Assembly: GCA_963793475.1 (NCBI GenBank)
Contig: CAWCAL010000004.1
Coordinates: forward strand, 221,964-285,963
DNA: 64,000 nt
DNA from: an uncultured Acidimicrobiales bacterium
GTDB lineage: Bacteria; Actinomycetota; Acidimicrobiia; Acidimicrobiales; CAWCAL01
Direction of reading: 5' to 3'
Below the pieces are notes generated by a model. The model was not told the DNA's origin. It did not search any database and saw only the letters and a program-made list of their open reading frames with translations. The position numbers and the translations under genes are program-made. Shown piece after piece: positions 45,579-54,981 of the stretch (positions within the stretch are counted from its first letter, which is position 1; the number at the start of each line of letters is the position of its first letter).

Positions 45579-46991
45579 GCCGGCGGTGGGTGCTTCCCGC
45601 CGCCGGCATCTGCGCCGCATTGATCTGGGCCGGATGCTCCTCCACCGAGGCCACGGCACCCCCTGAACCGTCAGCCGCTATCGGCTCCGCGCCGACGACA
45701 TCCGCGGGTGACGCGCCTGAGTCGGCGGTCTCCACGATGGACGACCACATCGGTTGGCTCATCGGTGTCCTCGACGCGGGCGAGTTCGACCCAGCCGAAG
45801 TGACCGAACGCTTCGATCCCTCCTTCCTCGCTCAAATTCCGGTGGCCGCGTTGAACGCCCCACTGGGACAACTCGCTCCGCCAGGCAGCGCCCCGTGGCG
45901 AGTCCTGAGCGACACACGCGACGACCGAACGGCAGAGATTGCCGTCGAGTCAGCCGATGGCACCCACCTCACGATCACCCTGGCCCTCGCCGGCACCGAG
46001 CCGTATCGAATCGAGGGTCTCCTGCTGCAACCCACAGAAACCGAACTGCCAGAGGGGTACACACTCACCCGACTCGACACTGACATGGCCGCGCTCGCTC
46101 CCGAAACAGCCCTCGGGATCTACGACGTCACCAACGGCAGCTGCGAAGTCATCCATGAACACAACGGCGACCGACCATTGGCCATCGGGTCGATCTTCAA
46201 GTTGTGGGTCCTCGCCGAGCTCGCCAACCAGATCCACAAGGGCTTCGCCGATTGGGACGAACCGCTCGCCGTGCAGGCCGATCTGCGCAGCAACCCAGCC
46301 GGCGGGGTGTTCCAACTCGACGATGGCGACACCCTCACTCTGCGCGAACACGCCGAGGCCATGATCTCGATCTCGGACAACACCGCCACCGACCATCTCA
46401 TCGACCGGCTCGGCCGAGAGCCCGTGGAAACCGCCATGGCTCGTGCGGGAGTCGTGGAACCATCACTCAACCAGCCGTTGCTGGCTACCCGAGAGCTCTT
46501 CTGGCTGAAGTACCTGGCCGAGGCGCCCAATCCGCCCGACTGGTACGACGCCGACACCGACGGCCGCCGAACCATTCTGGCCGCCCTCGACGGCGAAACC
46601 GTTCCCTGGGTCCTCAACCCCGCCCTCGCAACCGAACCCAACGCCAAAGGTCTGACCCAGGACCAACCCCGCAACCTCGACATCGAATACTTCGCTTCAG
46701 CACAAGATCTCTGCCGGACACTCATCCACCTCGATGATCTGTCATCTGAGTCCGGCCTCGAACCCGTAGCCGACATCTTGTCGATCAACCCGGGGGCAAT
46801 TCGACGACACGACGTGGACCGACGTCCGGTTCAAGGGCGGATCTGAACCAGGGGTCTTTGCCCTCGCATGGTGGCTCCGCCGCTCCGACGGTCGCACCTT
46901 CGCCGTCGCCGGAGCGCTCAACAACCCCGAAGTGGCCTTCGACCAACCCGCCACGACTGCCATCATCGCCAACGCCATAGCGCTGCTCTGA
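45575..46991 (+). pseudogene. class-A-beta-lactamase-like serine hydrolase lipoprotein, 1-nt frameshift as given
   Basis: GTGA overlap with the upstream gene. Lipobox LIWAGC, SxxK (SIFK), SDN (ISISDNTATD). Frame is lost at the G5 run 46792-46796. The next frame gives QFDDTTWTDVRFKGGSEPGVFALAWWL... (KGG = KTG box), ending with TGA at 46989-46991. Confidence 0.75.
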
Positions 46992-47225
46992 AGCAGGCGG
47001 GTGCGACCCACCCAGATCAGCGCCGGTGGGAGCCACAAACGACACGACAACCGACGATCACGAACCGGACGATCGAACACCTATTCGTGTCGGAGGGGCG
47101 ACGTGAACCCCCACGGTTAGGGCAGGAGGGAGGCCTCAGGCTTGGGTGATGGCATGGTTTGAGATTGATCGGGGAGCCTCGGAGGACTGTCACCCCCCTC
47201 TGAGATAGTGGGGATATGACGACGG

Positions 47226-48553
47226 TTGGTCACGAACAGCACCAGGAACCGCTGGGGGGATCTGACCGGCCGCCTGCATGGGGTGCTCGACGACCTCCAC
47301 GGCCTGGATCTGGACACGGCGACGGATTCGGAGTTGGTGGCCGCGATGCCCCAGCTGGTTCGGGCCGGCCGCCGGTTGGGGTCGGTCGAGGCCGGGCTGT
47401 TGGACGCGGTGGATCGACGGCGGGCGTATGCCCCCGACGGGCACCTGTCAGCCAAAGCCCTCGTCCGCCATGTCGGCCAACTCCCGGGCTTCGAAGCCCA
47501 CCGCCGCTGGCAGACGGTGCGCATGTTGCGCAACCTCCCGAAGGTGGCGGCCGCGTATGCGGCCGGTGAGGTCGGGACCGGCCAGGTCGAGGAACTGGCC
47601 CGAGTGCACGCCAACCCGCAGGTCCGGGACCTGATGCCCGCCGCCGAGGACCTGCTCCTCGAGGACGCCCAGAACAGCAGGTTCGCTGAGTTCCAGATTC
47701 TGGTGCGGGCGTGGCGGGACTACGCCGACCAGGACGGCGCCGCCGACCACGCGAAGAAGGCGCATGATCGGCGGGACTACCGGATGACCGAAGAATTCGA
47801 CGGGGGCTGGCGCAGTGTGGGCCAGTTCGGGACGACCATGGGATCGTTCGGCGCTGATCTCCATGAAGCGTTCACCCGGGCCGAGACCGAAGCCGACTGG
47901 GAAAAAGCCCGAGCCGAGCACGGCGATGCCGCCACTGTCGATGACCTGGCTCGCACCCCGGGTCAGCGTCGGGCCGACGCCTGGTGGGCCACCATGTGCA
48001 TGGCCGCCATCGCCAACTGTCCCGACGGCGTCAACATCGACCCGGTCCTGAACCTGGTCATGGACCACGACACCTTCGAACACCACTCGGCCGGCACCCG
48101 CCCCGACCCCACCCAAGATCCGGGCGGCTACCGGACCCGACGCTGCTCGACCCTCTCAGGCAAACCCATCGATGTCCACGACGCCCTCGGCGCCGCACTG
48201 GTCGGCCACGTCCGCCGGGTGGTGTTCGACTCCCGGGGCGTGGTGGTCGACATGGGCCGCAAGAGCCGCCTGTTCACCGGCACCGCCCGCGAAGCCGGGA
48301 GCTCAACGGACGCTGAACTCCCGCCATGAAGGCCCGAGCGGTGTGTACCTGGTTGTCCTGCGACACCCCCTCGCATGCGTGTGAGATCGACCACGCCCTG
48401 GAACGGGGCCGCGGCGGACCTACCAACCAGGCCAACGCACCCCCGCTGTGCAAACCCCACAACCTGTTCAAACAGAACCACCACTTCACCATCACCCTCG
48501 AAGACGACGGACAGTTCCACATCTGGCGCCCGGACGGCACCGAACTCACCTGA
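47226..48553 (+). pseudogene. DUF222 + HNH endonuclease (REP13E12-type) gene, split at an ATGA junction
   Basis: ORF 47226..48329 has the DUF222 pattern (SELVAAMPQLVRAGRRLGSVEAGLLDAVDRRRAY...SAKALV...RTPGQRRADAW). ORF 48326..48553 carries the HNH part (CTWLSCDTPSHACEIDH...CKPHNLFK). One added base near 48320-48326 joins them (1329 nt). Confidence 0.8.
48518..48553 (+). repeat. 36-bp direct repeat, copy 1 (3' end of the HNH gene including its TGA)
   Basis: cacatctggcgcccggacggcaccgaactcacctga, identical to 48606-48641. Confidence 0.9.
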
Positions 48554-49367
48554 TCTGGATGGCGAAGCCAGCGCAGCGGATCATCGCTGCGCCAGAAAGC
48601 ACCGGCACATCTGGCGCCCGGACGGCACCGAACTCACCTGAGCAGTTGTGCGCCCAGTCCGTGATCGCGGCTGGTGTCCGCACGCCCCACCAGAACAGGT
48701 CGGCTCCGTCGACGAACACGACGGGAGCCACCGCCTCCAGCTCAGCTCGATGGCGCTCGGCGAACGGGTACGGCTCCGACGGCGCAATCACCAGGTCGGG
48801 CGAGGCGGCCGCCATCTCCTCCAGCGACACGGTCGGATACCGATCGGGATGGTCGGTTGTCACCGACCTCACGCCGAGCGCCCTGAGCACGTCGGCCCCA
48901 TACGTGTCGTCGGCCAGGCTCATCCACGGCTTCCGCCAGATCGGCACGAACGCCGAGCGCGGCGAGGCGGGCTCGGAAGGGAGCTCCTCGACCTCCCCCA
49001 GCAACCCGGCGACGCGAAGCTCACCGAAGCCCAAGTCGACCGCCCCCGCCAGCGCCGCCAGCTCCAACGCGACGCCGGCCACGGTCCGGACATCGATCAC
49101 GTGGATGTCGAGGCCGGCGGCCGTCAGCGCCTCGGCGTCCTCCCACCGATTCTCCTCACGGCACAGCACGACGAGATCCGGCGCCAGCTCGACGATCCGG
49201 TCGAGATCGGGATCCTTCGTCCCCCCGACGGCCTCGAACTCGGGCTGCTCGCAGAACCGGGTCACGGCGACGGGCTCGATGCCCCACGCCAGCAACGTCT
49301 CGGTCACCGACGGCACCAGGCTGACCACTCGCAACGGCCCGGCTCCCACGGTCACGGGTTCGGGCAC
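48546..49367 (-). CDS. TroA/BtuF-like helical-backbone metal/cobalamin-binding protein without signal peptide
   Basis: LRVVSLVPSVTETLLAWGIEPVAVT...DPDLDRIVELAPDLVV...PDLVIAPSEPYPF. The last ~35 codons are encoded by the duplicated HNH 3' region, so the native C-terminus is doubtful. Confidence 0.7.
   Translation of the reverse strand: MPEPVTVGAGPLRVVSLVPSVTETLLAWGIEPVAVTRFCEQPEFEAVGGTKDPDLDRIVELAPDLVVLCREENRWEDAEALTAAGLDIHVIDVRTVAGVALELAALAGAVDLGFGELRVAGLLGEVEELPSEPASPRSAFVPIWRKPWMSLADDTYGADVLRALGVRSVTTDHPDRYPTVSLEEMAAASPDLVIAPSEPYPFAERHRAELEAVAPVVFVDGADLFWWGVRTPAAITDWAHNCSGEFGAVRAPDVPVLSGAAMIRCAGFAIQIR
48606..48641 (+). repeat. 36-bp direct repeat, copy 2
   Basis: cacatctggcgcccggacggcaccgaactcacctga, 52 bp downstream of copy 1; lies inside the 3' end of the minus-strand gene 48546..49367. 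Confidence 0.9.
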
Positions 49368-49370
49368 CGG

Positions 49371-49988
49371 CTACATGCGCCCGAGCAGGTCGGCCTTCTT
49401 GGCGTCGAACTCGGCCTGGCTCAGGACGCCTCGCTGGCGCAGCTCGTCGAGCTTGTCGATCTGCTCGACCACCGACAGCTCGGCGGCGGGCCGGTTGATG
49501 CGATCGAACTTCCGGTTCTCGTTGTCTTCCATCTGCTTGTAGATCTCGGCCTGCACCAGGGTGGGGTTCCGGATGTCGGAGAACTCACTGCGACCGGTTT
49601 CACCGGCGGACTCGATGGCCAGGTCGCCGAGCTTGATCAACCGCTCGAAGATCTTCTGGTTGAAGAAGACGGTGTTGATCCGCTCCAGCGGGATCTCGAT
49701 CCCCGACTTGGTCAGCACGCCGCTGCGATAGATGACCCGGTCGGTGGTGACCGTGAAGTTGGTCGAGATCCACTGCAGGTACTTGTAGACGAAGAACCCC
49801 AGCGCCGCGAGCACGACCAGCCCACCGACCCAGTCGAGCACCTCGACATTGTTCCAGGCCAGCAGAGCGATCCCGATACCGAGGGCGATGACGAGACCGA
49901 GGACCGGCTTGACGAGGAACCACCAGTGTGGTCGGAGGTCTTCGACGATCTCTTCGTTGGGTCCAAGCAATTTCCTGGGATATGCCAC
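49371..49988 (-). CDS. bacterial PH-domain (bPH_2/YdbS-like) membrane protein with C-terminal SHOCT domain
   Basis: Two TM helices, then FTVTTDRVIYRSGVLTKSGIEIPLERINTVFFNQKIFERLIKLGDLAIES (bPH_2), then ELSVVEQIDKLDELRQRGVLSQAEFDAKKADLLG (SHOCT). Confidence 0.75.
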   Translation of the reverse strand: MAYPRKLLGPNEEIVEDLRPHWWFLVKPVLGLVIALGIGIALLAWNNVEVLDWVGGLVVLAALGFFVYKYLQWISTNFTVTTDRVIYRSGVLTKSGIEIPLERINTVFFNQKIFERLIKLGDLAIESAGETGRSEFSDIRNPTLVQAEIYKQMEDNENRKFDRINRPAAELSVVEQIDKLDELRQRGVLSQAEFDAKKADLLGRM

Positions 49989-49997
49989 GTTCCGAGG

Positions 49998-50357
49998 TTA
50001 GCCCCAGCCCAGCTCGTGGAGGCGGTGATCGTCGATGCCGAAGTGATGGGCGATCTCGTGAATGACGGTGATGCGGACCTGCTCGACCACGTCGGCGCGA
50101 CTGTGGGCGATGGCACAGATCGAATCGCGGTAGATGGTGATCCGGTCGGGGAGCTCGAGGCCGCCGTACTGCTCCCGCTCGGTCAGGGGAACCCCCTCGT
50201 AAAGACCGAGCAGCCCGGGTTCGGGGGCGTCATCCTCGATCATGACCACGACGTTCTCCATCTGCTGCGCCAAGGCCTCGGGCAGGCTGTCGTAGGCGCG
50301 CCCGACCAGCTCCTCGAACTCGTCCGCGTCGATGCGCCCGGCATGGTCCTGCCCCAT
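49998..50357 (-). CDS. zincin-like metallopeptidase family protein (DUF1025-like)
   Basis: C-terminal part of ORF 49998..51029: DEFEELVGRAYDSLPEALAQQMENVVVMIEDD...ITVIHEIAHHFGIDDHRLHELGW (HExxH). Confidence 0.75.
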   Translation of the reverse strand: MGQDHAGRIDADEFEELVGRAYDSLPEALAQQMENVVVMIEDDAPEPGLLGLYEGVPLTEREQYGGLELPDRITIYRDSICAIAHSRADVVEQVRITVIHEIAHHFGIDDHRLHELGWG

Positions 50358-50445
50358 GAGGGTCACGCTACTCTGACCGTCCTTCGGGCCCACCGGCTCC
50401 AACCGTGCGGCCCTGTCCCCCTGCCCCGTTCGGAGACGATCGATC

Positions 50446-51522
50446 ATGGTTGTTCGCAGCCCCAAGGACTTCTTCAAACCGCTGGCGGTCGGCGCGCCGG
50501 ACCCGGTCCACGAGATCCCGTTCCCGCCGTCGCGGATGATCCACTTCTTCCCGCCGTCCAACGAGAAGATGCGCTCGAAGATCCCCAAGATCGCCCCCAC
50601 GGTCGACATCCTGCTCGGCAACCTCGAGGACGGTGTGCCCGCCGACGACAAGGAAGCGGCCCGAGCCGGGCTGGTCGAAGTGGCTCGCAGCGTCGACATG
50701 GGCGACACCCAGCTCTGGACCCGGGTCAACAGCCTCGACTCACCCTGGTTCCTGGACGATCTCTCCACGCTGGTCACCGAGGTGGGCGCCGCGTTCGACG
50801 TCGTCATGATCCCCAAGGTCGAAGGCCCCGAGGACATCCATTTCGTCGACCGGCTCCTGGCCCAGCTCGAGGCCAAGGCCGGGCTGACCAAACCTCTCCT
50901 CGTCCACGCCATCCTCGAAACGGCACGCGGGGTGGCCAACGTCGAGGAGATCTGCGGCGCCTCACCGCGCATGCAGGGCCTGTCGCTGGGTCCGGCCGAC
51001 CTGGCCGCGAACCGGCGCATGAAGACCACCCGCGTCGGCGGCGGCCATCCCGACTACGTCGTGCGGGAAGACCCACCCGCCGGCGACGACGGCGAAGCCG
51101 ACACCGACGCCGAGCGCCCCACCTACCAGCAGGACCTCTGGCACTACACCATCGCCCGCATGGTCGACTCGTGCGTGACCCACGGCATCCTGCCGTTCTA
51201 CGGCCCCTTCGGCGACATCGCCGACACCCGGGCCTGCGAGGACCAGTTCCGCAACGCCTACCTGCTCGGCTGCGTCGGCGCCTGGAGCCTCCACCCCGTG
51301 CAGATCGACATCGCCAAGCGGGTCTTCAGCCCCAGCCCCGAAGCCGTCGCGCAGGCGCAGCGGGTCATCGACGCCATGGGCGACGGTACGGGGGCGATCA
51401 TGCTCGACGGGAAGATGGAGGACGACGCCTCGGTCAAGCAGTGCCGGGTCGTGGTCGAACTGGCCAAGTCCCTGTCCTCCCGCGATCCCGAACTGGCCGC
51501 GACCTACGGATACACGTCATGA
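50446..51522 (+). CDS. HpcH/HpaI-CitE family CoA-ester lyase, L-malyl-CoA/beta-methylmalyl-CoA lyase-like
   Basis: 358 aa: [19 protein letters not shown]...[11 protein letters not shown]...[14 protein letters not shown]...LGPADLAA...WSLHPVQI. The long form with an internal insert is as I recall for Mcl-type enzymes. Confidence 0.8.
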   Translation: MVVRSPKDFFKPLAVGAPDPVHEIPFPPSRMIHFFPPSNEKMRSKIPKIAPTVDILLGNLEDGVPADDKEAARAGLVEVARSVDMGDTQLWTRVNSLDSPWFLDDLSTLVTEVGAAFDVVMIPKVEGPEDIHFVDRLLAQLEAKAGLTKPLLVHAILETARGVANVEEICGASPRMQGLSLGPADLAANRRMKTTRVGGGHPDYVVREDPPAGDDGEADTDAERPTYQQDLWHYTIARMVDSCVTHGILPFYGPFGDIADTRACEDQFRNAYLLGCVGAWSLHPVQIDIAKRVFSPSPEAVAQAQRVIDAMGDGTGAIMLDGKMEDDASVKQCRVVVELAKSLSSRDPELAATYGYTS

Positions 51523-52430
51523 ACAACAGCATGTCCAGCGACTCGACCCCCAGCACCTCCACCCCGGGCGATCTCACGCCCCGTCGCAGCGTGTTGTACA
51601 TGCCCGCAGCCAACGAACGGGCGCTGGAGAAGGCCAAGACCATCCCCTGCGATGCCGTGATCTTCGATCTCGAGGACGCGGTCGCCCCCGACGCCAAGGA
51701 ACAGGCGCGCGGTCAGGCCGTCGCCGCCGTCTCCTCGGGAGACTACGGCTACCGGGAGCTCACCATCCGGTGCAACGGCCTGGACACCCCGTGGGGCGCC
51801 GACGACCTGGCCGCCGCAGCGGCGGCCGGTCCTGCCGCCGTCGTCATCCCGAAGGTGTCCGGCCCCGGACACCTCGGCCTGGTCACCGACGCCCTCGAAG
51901 CGGCGGGAGCGCCCGACCACACGATGATCTGGGCCATGGTCGAGACCCCCGACGCCATCTTCGACGCCCGCGCCATCGCCCAGTTCGAGCGGGTCAACGT
52001 CCTGGTCATGGGCACCAACGACCTGGTCAAGGAGCTGTACGCGTCCCACGTCCCGGGCCGCCAGCCGCTGCTCCCCCACCTGGCGACCGCGCTGCTCGCC
52101 GCCCGGTCGGCCGGCAAGGCGATCCTCGACGGCGTCTACAACGACGTCAAGGACCCCGACGGCTTCCTGGCCGAGTGCCAACAGGGCGCCCAGATGGGCT
52201 TCGACGGCAAGACCCTGATCCATCCCAGCCAGGTCGAACCGGCCAACGACACGTGGGCGCCATCGGACGACGAGATCGATCACGCCCAGCGGGTGATCGA
52301 GGCGTTCGACGAGGCGACCGCCGAAGGTCGAGGGGTCGTCACCGTCGACGGCCGCATGATCGAGAATCTGCACGTCGAGCAGGCCCGACGCACCCTCGCC
52401 GTCGCCGACGCCATAGCTCAACGCAGCTGA
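51519..52430 (+). CDS. second CitE-like CoA-ester lyase/thioesterase (Mcl2/CitE-like)
   Basis: ATGA overlap with the upstream gene. [37 protein letters not shown]...VIPKV...MVETPDAI...[10 protein letters not shown]...[10 protein letters not shown]. Confidence 0.85.
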   Translation: MNNSMSSDSTPSTSTPGDLTPRRSVLYMPAANERALEKAKTIPCDAVIFDLEDAVAPDAKEQARGQAVAAVSSGDYGYRELTIRCNGLDTPWGADDLAAAAAAGPAAVVIPKVSGPGHLGLVTDALEAAGAPDHTMIWAMVETPDAIFDARAIAQFERVNVLVMGTNDLVKELYASHVPGRQPLLPHLATALLAARSAGKAILDGVYNDVKDPDGFLAECQQGAQMGFDGKTLIHPSQVEPANDTWAPSDDEIDHAQRVIEAFDEATAEGRGVVTVDGRMIENLHVEQARRTLAVADAIAQRS

Positions 52431-52456
52431 CAGGACCCGCCAGTAGGGTCGCGGCG

Positions 52457-54388
52457 GTGACGCACGAACGGCTGCTCGAGGGACTGGATCCCGCCCAACG
52501 CGGCGCCGTCACCAACCCGGGTCAACCCTTGCGCATCCTGGCCCCGGCCGGTTCGGGCAAGACGCGGGTGCTCACCCGCCGGATCGCCTACGGCGTCGCC
52601 ACCGATCGGGTCGATCCCGAGCGCGTCCTTGCCGTCACCTTCACCCGGAAGGCGGCGGCGGAGCTCCGACATCGGCTGGCGGCACTCGGCCTTCCGTCCA
52701 CCGTCGCCGCCGGGACGTTCCACTCGGCCGCCTGGGCACAACTGCGTCAGTGGTGGTCCGACCAGGGGGTCGAGCCCCCGTCGCTGTTGCCCTCCCGCAC
52801 CGGCTTCCTCCGGCGGGTGGCCCGGGCCGAGGGGATCCGGCTGGGCGACGCGGGGACCGAGATCGACTGGGCCTGCGCCCGCATGATCGGTCCGACCCGC
52901 TATGGGGCCGAAGCGGCACGCGCCGGGCGGAGGCCCGAGTCGCACCCCGATCAGGTCGTCCACCTGTACCGGTCCTACGAGGCGGCGAAACGCAGCAAGC
53001 GCGTCGTCGACTTCGACGACATCCTGCGGATGGTCGTCCACACCCTCGACACCCAGCCCGAGCGGGCCAAGGTCCTGCGGTGGAGATTCCGTCACTTCTT
53101 CGTCGACGAGTTCCAGGACGTCAACCCGCTGCAATTCCGGCTCCTCGAGGCATGGCTCGGCGATCGCGACGACCTCTGCGTCGTCGGTGACCCGTACCAG
53201 GCGATCTACCGATGGAACGGCGCCGACGCCGGGTTCCTCAACGACTTCGAGGACGTCTTCCCCGGGTCCACGACGGTGGCGCTCGATCACAACTACCGCA
53301 GCTCGGCCGGCGTCCTCGCCGTCGCCCGGGCCGTCCTCCCTGCCCCCGATGCTCCCCGGGTGATGGCCGACGCCGGTCCCGTGCCCGAGGTGCGGCGGTT
53401 CCCCACCGGTGCCGACGAGGCGCAGGCGGTCGCCGAAACCCTCCGCTCCGGTCGGCTGGCAGGCCGGAGCTGGGGCCAACACGGGGTGCTCGTGCGCACG
53501 CACGGACAGGCGTCGCTCATCGGCGAGGCGCTCACCGCTGCCGGTATCCCCTACCGCATCCGCGGCGCCACCGGGTCCACCACCCGGGCCGACGTGAAGA
53601 AGGTCTTCGAGGACCTCCCGCCCGAGACCCCGCTCCACGTCGCGCTGGTCGACTGGACGACCGACGAGGCCGAGGGTCGCGGCGGACCGGTCATCGAGAC
53701 ACTGGTGCGCCTGGGCCGGGAGTTCCAGGCGATGCAACCCGACGCCGGCATGGACGAGTTCGTCACCTGGGTCACCAGCATGGTCGGCGACGACCGGGAC
53801 GAGGGGGCGAACCAGGTCGATGTGGCCACGCTGCACGCTGCGAAAGGTCTCGAGTGGGACACGGTGCTGCTCGCCGGCCTCGAGGAGGGTCTGGTCCCCA
53901 TCTCCCACGCCAGGACCGGAGCCGAGCTGGCCGAGGAGCAGCGCCTGCTCTACGTGGGGGTCACGCGGGCCCGACGCAAGCTGATCTGTTCCTGGGCCGC
54001 CCAGCGGAAGTTCGGCAGCCGCACCAGCCGGCGCGAACCGTCACGCTGGCTCGGACAGATCCAGCGCACCATCGACGGCCTGGCCCAGGACGATCGACCC
54101 GTCCCGCCGCCAGAGACGGTCATCGATCTCCGCCCGCCTCCGCCCTCACCCCGCGACGAGCTCCGCAAGCGCCTCGAGGCGTGGCGATCGGACACCGCCC
54201 GCCACGCCTCGGCCCTGCCCGCAGCGATTCTCAGCGACCGCCAGCTGGAGCAGGTGACCGAGCTCCTCCCCCGCGACCCGGATGCACTGGAAGCGATCGG
54301 GTTCGGCCCGTCGCACCGCCGCCTCTACGGTGTGCCGATCTGTGCGATGGTGAACGACGTTGTGAACGACCCGGCGGTGGCCCCGTGA
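52457..54388 (+). CDS. UvrD/PcrA-family helicase with C-terminal HRDC-like domain (UvrD2-like)
   Basis: GTG at 52457. ILAPAGSGKTRVL (Walker A), VDEFQDVNP, YRSS, ATLHAAKGLEWD, VGVTRAR. Tail AILSDRQLEQVTELLPRDPDALEAIGFGPSHRRLYG is HRDC-like. Confidence 0.85.
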   Translation: MTHERLLEGLDPAQRGAVTNPGQPLRILAPAGSGKTRVLTRRIAYGVATDRVDPERVLAVTFTRKAAAELRHRLAALGLPSTVAAGTFHSAAWAQLRQWWSDQGVEPPSLLPSRTGFLRRVARAEGIRLGDAGTEIDWACARMIGPTRYGAEAARAGRRPESHPDQVVHLYRSYEAAKRSKRVVDFDDILRMVVHTLDTQPERAKVLRWRFRHFFVDEFQDVNPLQFRLLEAWLGDRDDLCVVGDPYQAIYRWNGADAGFLNDFEDVFPGSTTVALDHNYRSSAGVLAVARAVLPAPDAPRVMADAGPVPEVRRFPTGADEAQAVAETLRSGRLAGRSWGQHGVLVRTHGQASLIGEALTAAGIPYRIRGATGSTTRADVKKVFEDLPPETPLHVALVDWTTDEAEGRGGPVIETLVRLGREFQAMQPDAGMDEFVTWVTSMVGDDRDEGANQVDVATLHAAKGLEWDTVLLAGLEEGLVPISHARTGAELAEEQRLLYVGVTRARRKLICSWAAQRKFGSRTSRREPSRWLGQIQRTIDGLAQDDRPVPPPETVIDLRPPPPSPRDELRKRLEAWRSDTARHASALPAAILSDRQLEQVTELLPRDPDALEAIGFGPSHRRLYGVPICAMVNDVVNDPAVAP

Positions 54389-54406
54389 ACTTCCGATTCC
54401 GCGAGC

Positions 54407-54904
54407 GTGTCGGCGCTGACGCGGCTCCGCGTGTTCCCGGCCTTCGCCGATCCCGGATTCTACGAAGGGCTCGACCTGCCCGACGCCGCCCCGCCCGAGG
54501 TTCTCGAGATCCGTGCCGATCTCGATCCCGCCGAGGCCGACATCCGGTATCGCTACGAGGGCGACCTTCCGCCGGGGGCGGGTGCGTTCATCAAACCCGA
54601 GCGACTCACGTGGATCGAGCGGTCGCTCCACCATCCGGACGAGTGCCTCATCGAGCTGACGCTGACGCCCGACCACTACGCCGATCGCATCCGCGGCAGT
54701 GCCACCCACCGGATCATCGCGATCGAACCGGGCGACGGCGACCCGGCCGGCAACGGCGGGCCCGCCTGCTGGTGGGAGACCGCGGGCACCATCACGATCC
54801 GGATGCCGTTCGTGGCGCGAGCGGTCGAGCGAGCGATCGTCGAAGGGCTCGGCGAGAACCTGCGCGCGCTGGTCGAACCGCTCGAGGCCTACTGCACCGA
54901 CTGA
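54407..54904 (+). CDS. hypothetical protein (possibly DUF2505/SRPBCC-like)
   Basis: 165-aa ORF with coding-like composition and size typical of SRPBCC-fold proteins. Family assignment is only an impression. Confidence 0.45.
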   Translation: MSALTRLRVFPAFADPGFYEGLDLPDAAPPEVLEIRADLDPAEADIRYRYEGDLPPGAGAFIKPERLTWIERSLHHPDECLIELTLTPDHYADRIRGSATHRIIAIEPGDGDPAGNGGPACWWETAGTITIRMPFVARAVERAIVEGLGENLRALVEPLEAYCTD

Positions 54905-54981
54905 CCGAGCCGGAAACGGGGAACCTCACCGCCATCTGATGTGGCTGGGGCTCCCCATATCGGGCCGGGTTGGTGGCGGCA

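Noticed and set aside
48648-52430. Very long ORFs in the track: 1260 aa at 48648..52430, 1179 aa at 26943..30482, 980 aa at 34662..37604, 872 aa at 51770..54388, plus antisense ORFs at 31822..33528, 60272..62275 and 61932..63902.
   Set aside because: Their non-conserved portions are Arg/Pro/Gly/Ala-rich nonsense, typical of open off-frames and antisense frames in very G+C-rich DNA. Only the sub-segments listed as features resemble real protein families.
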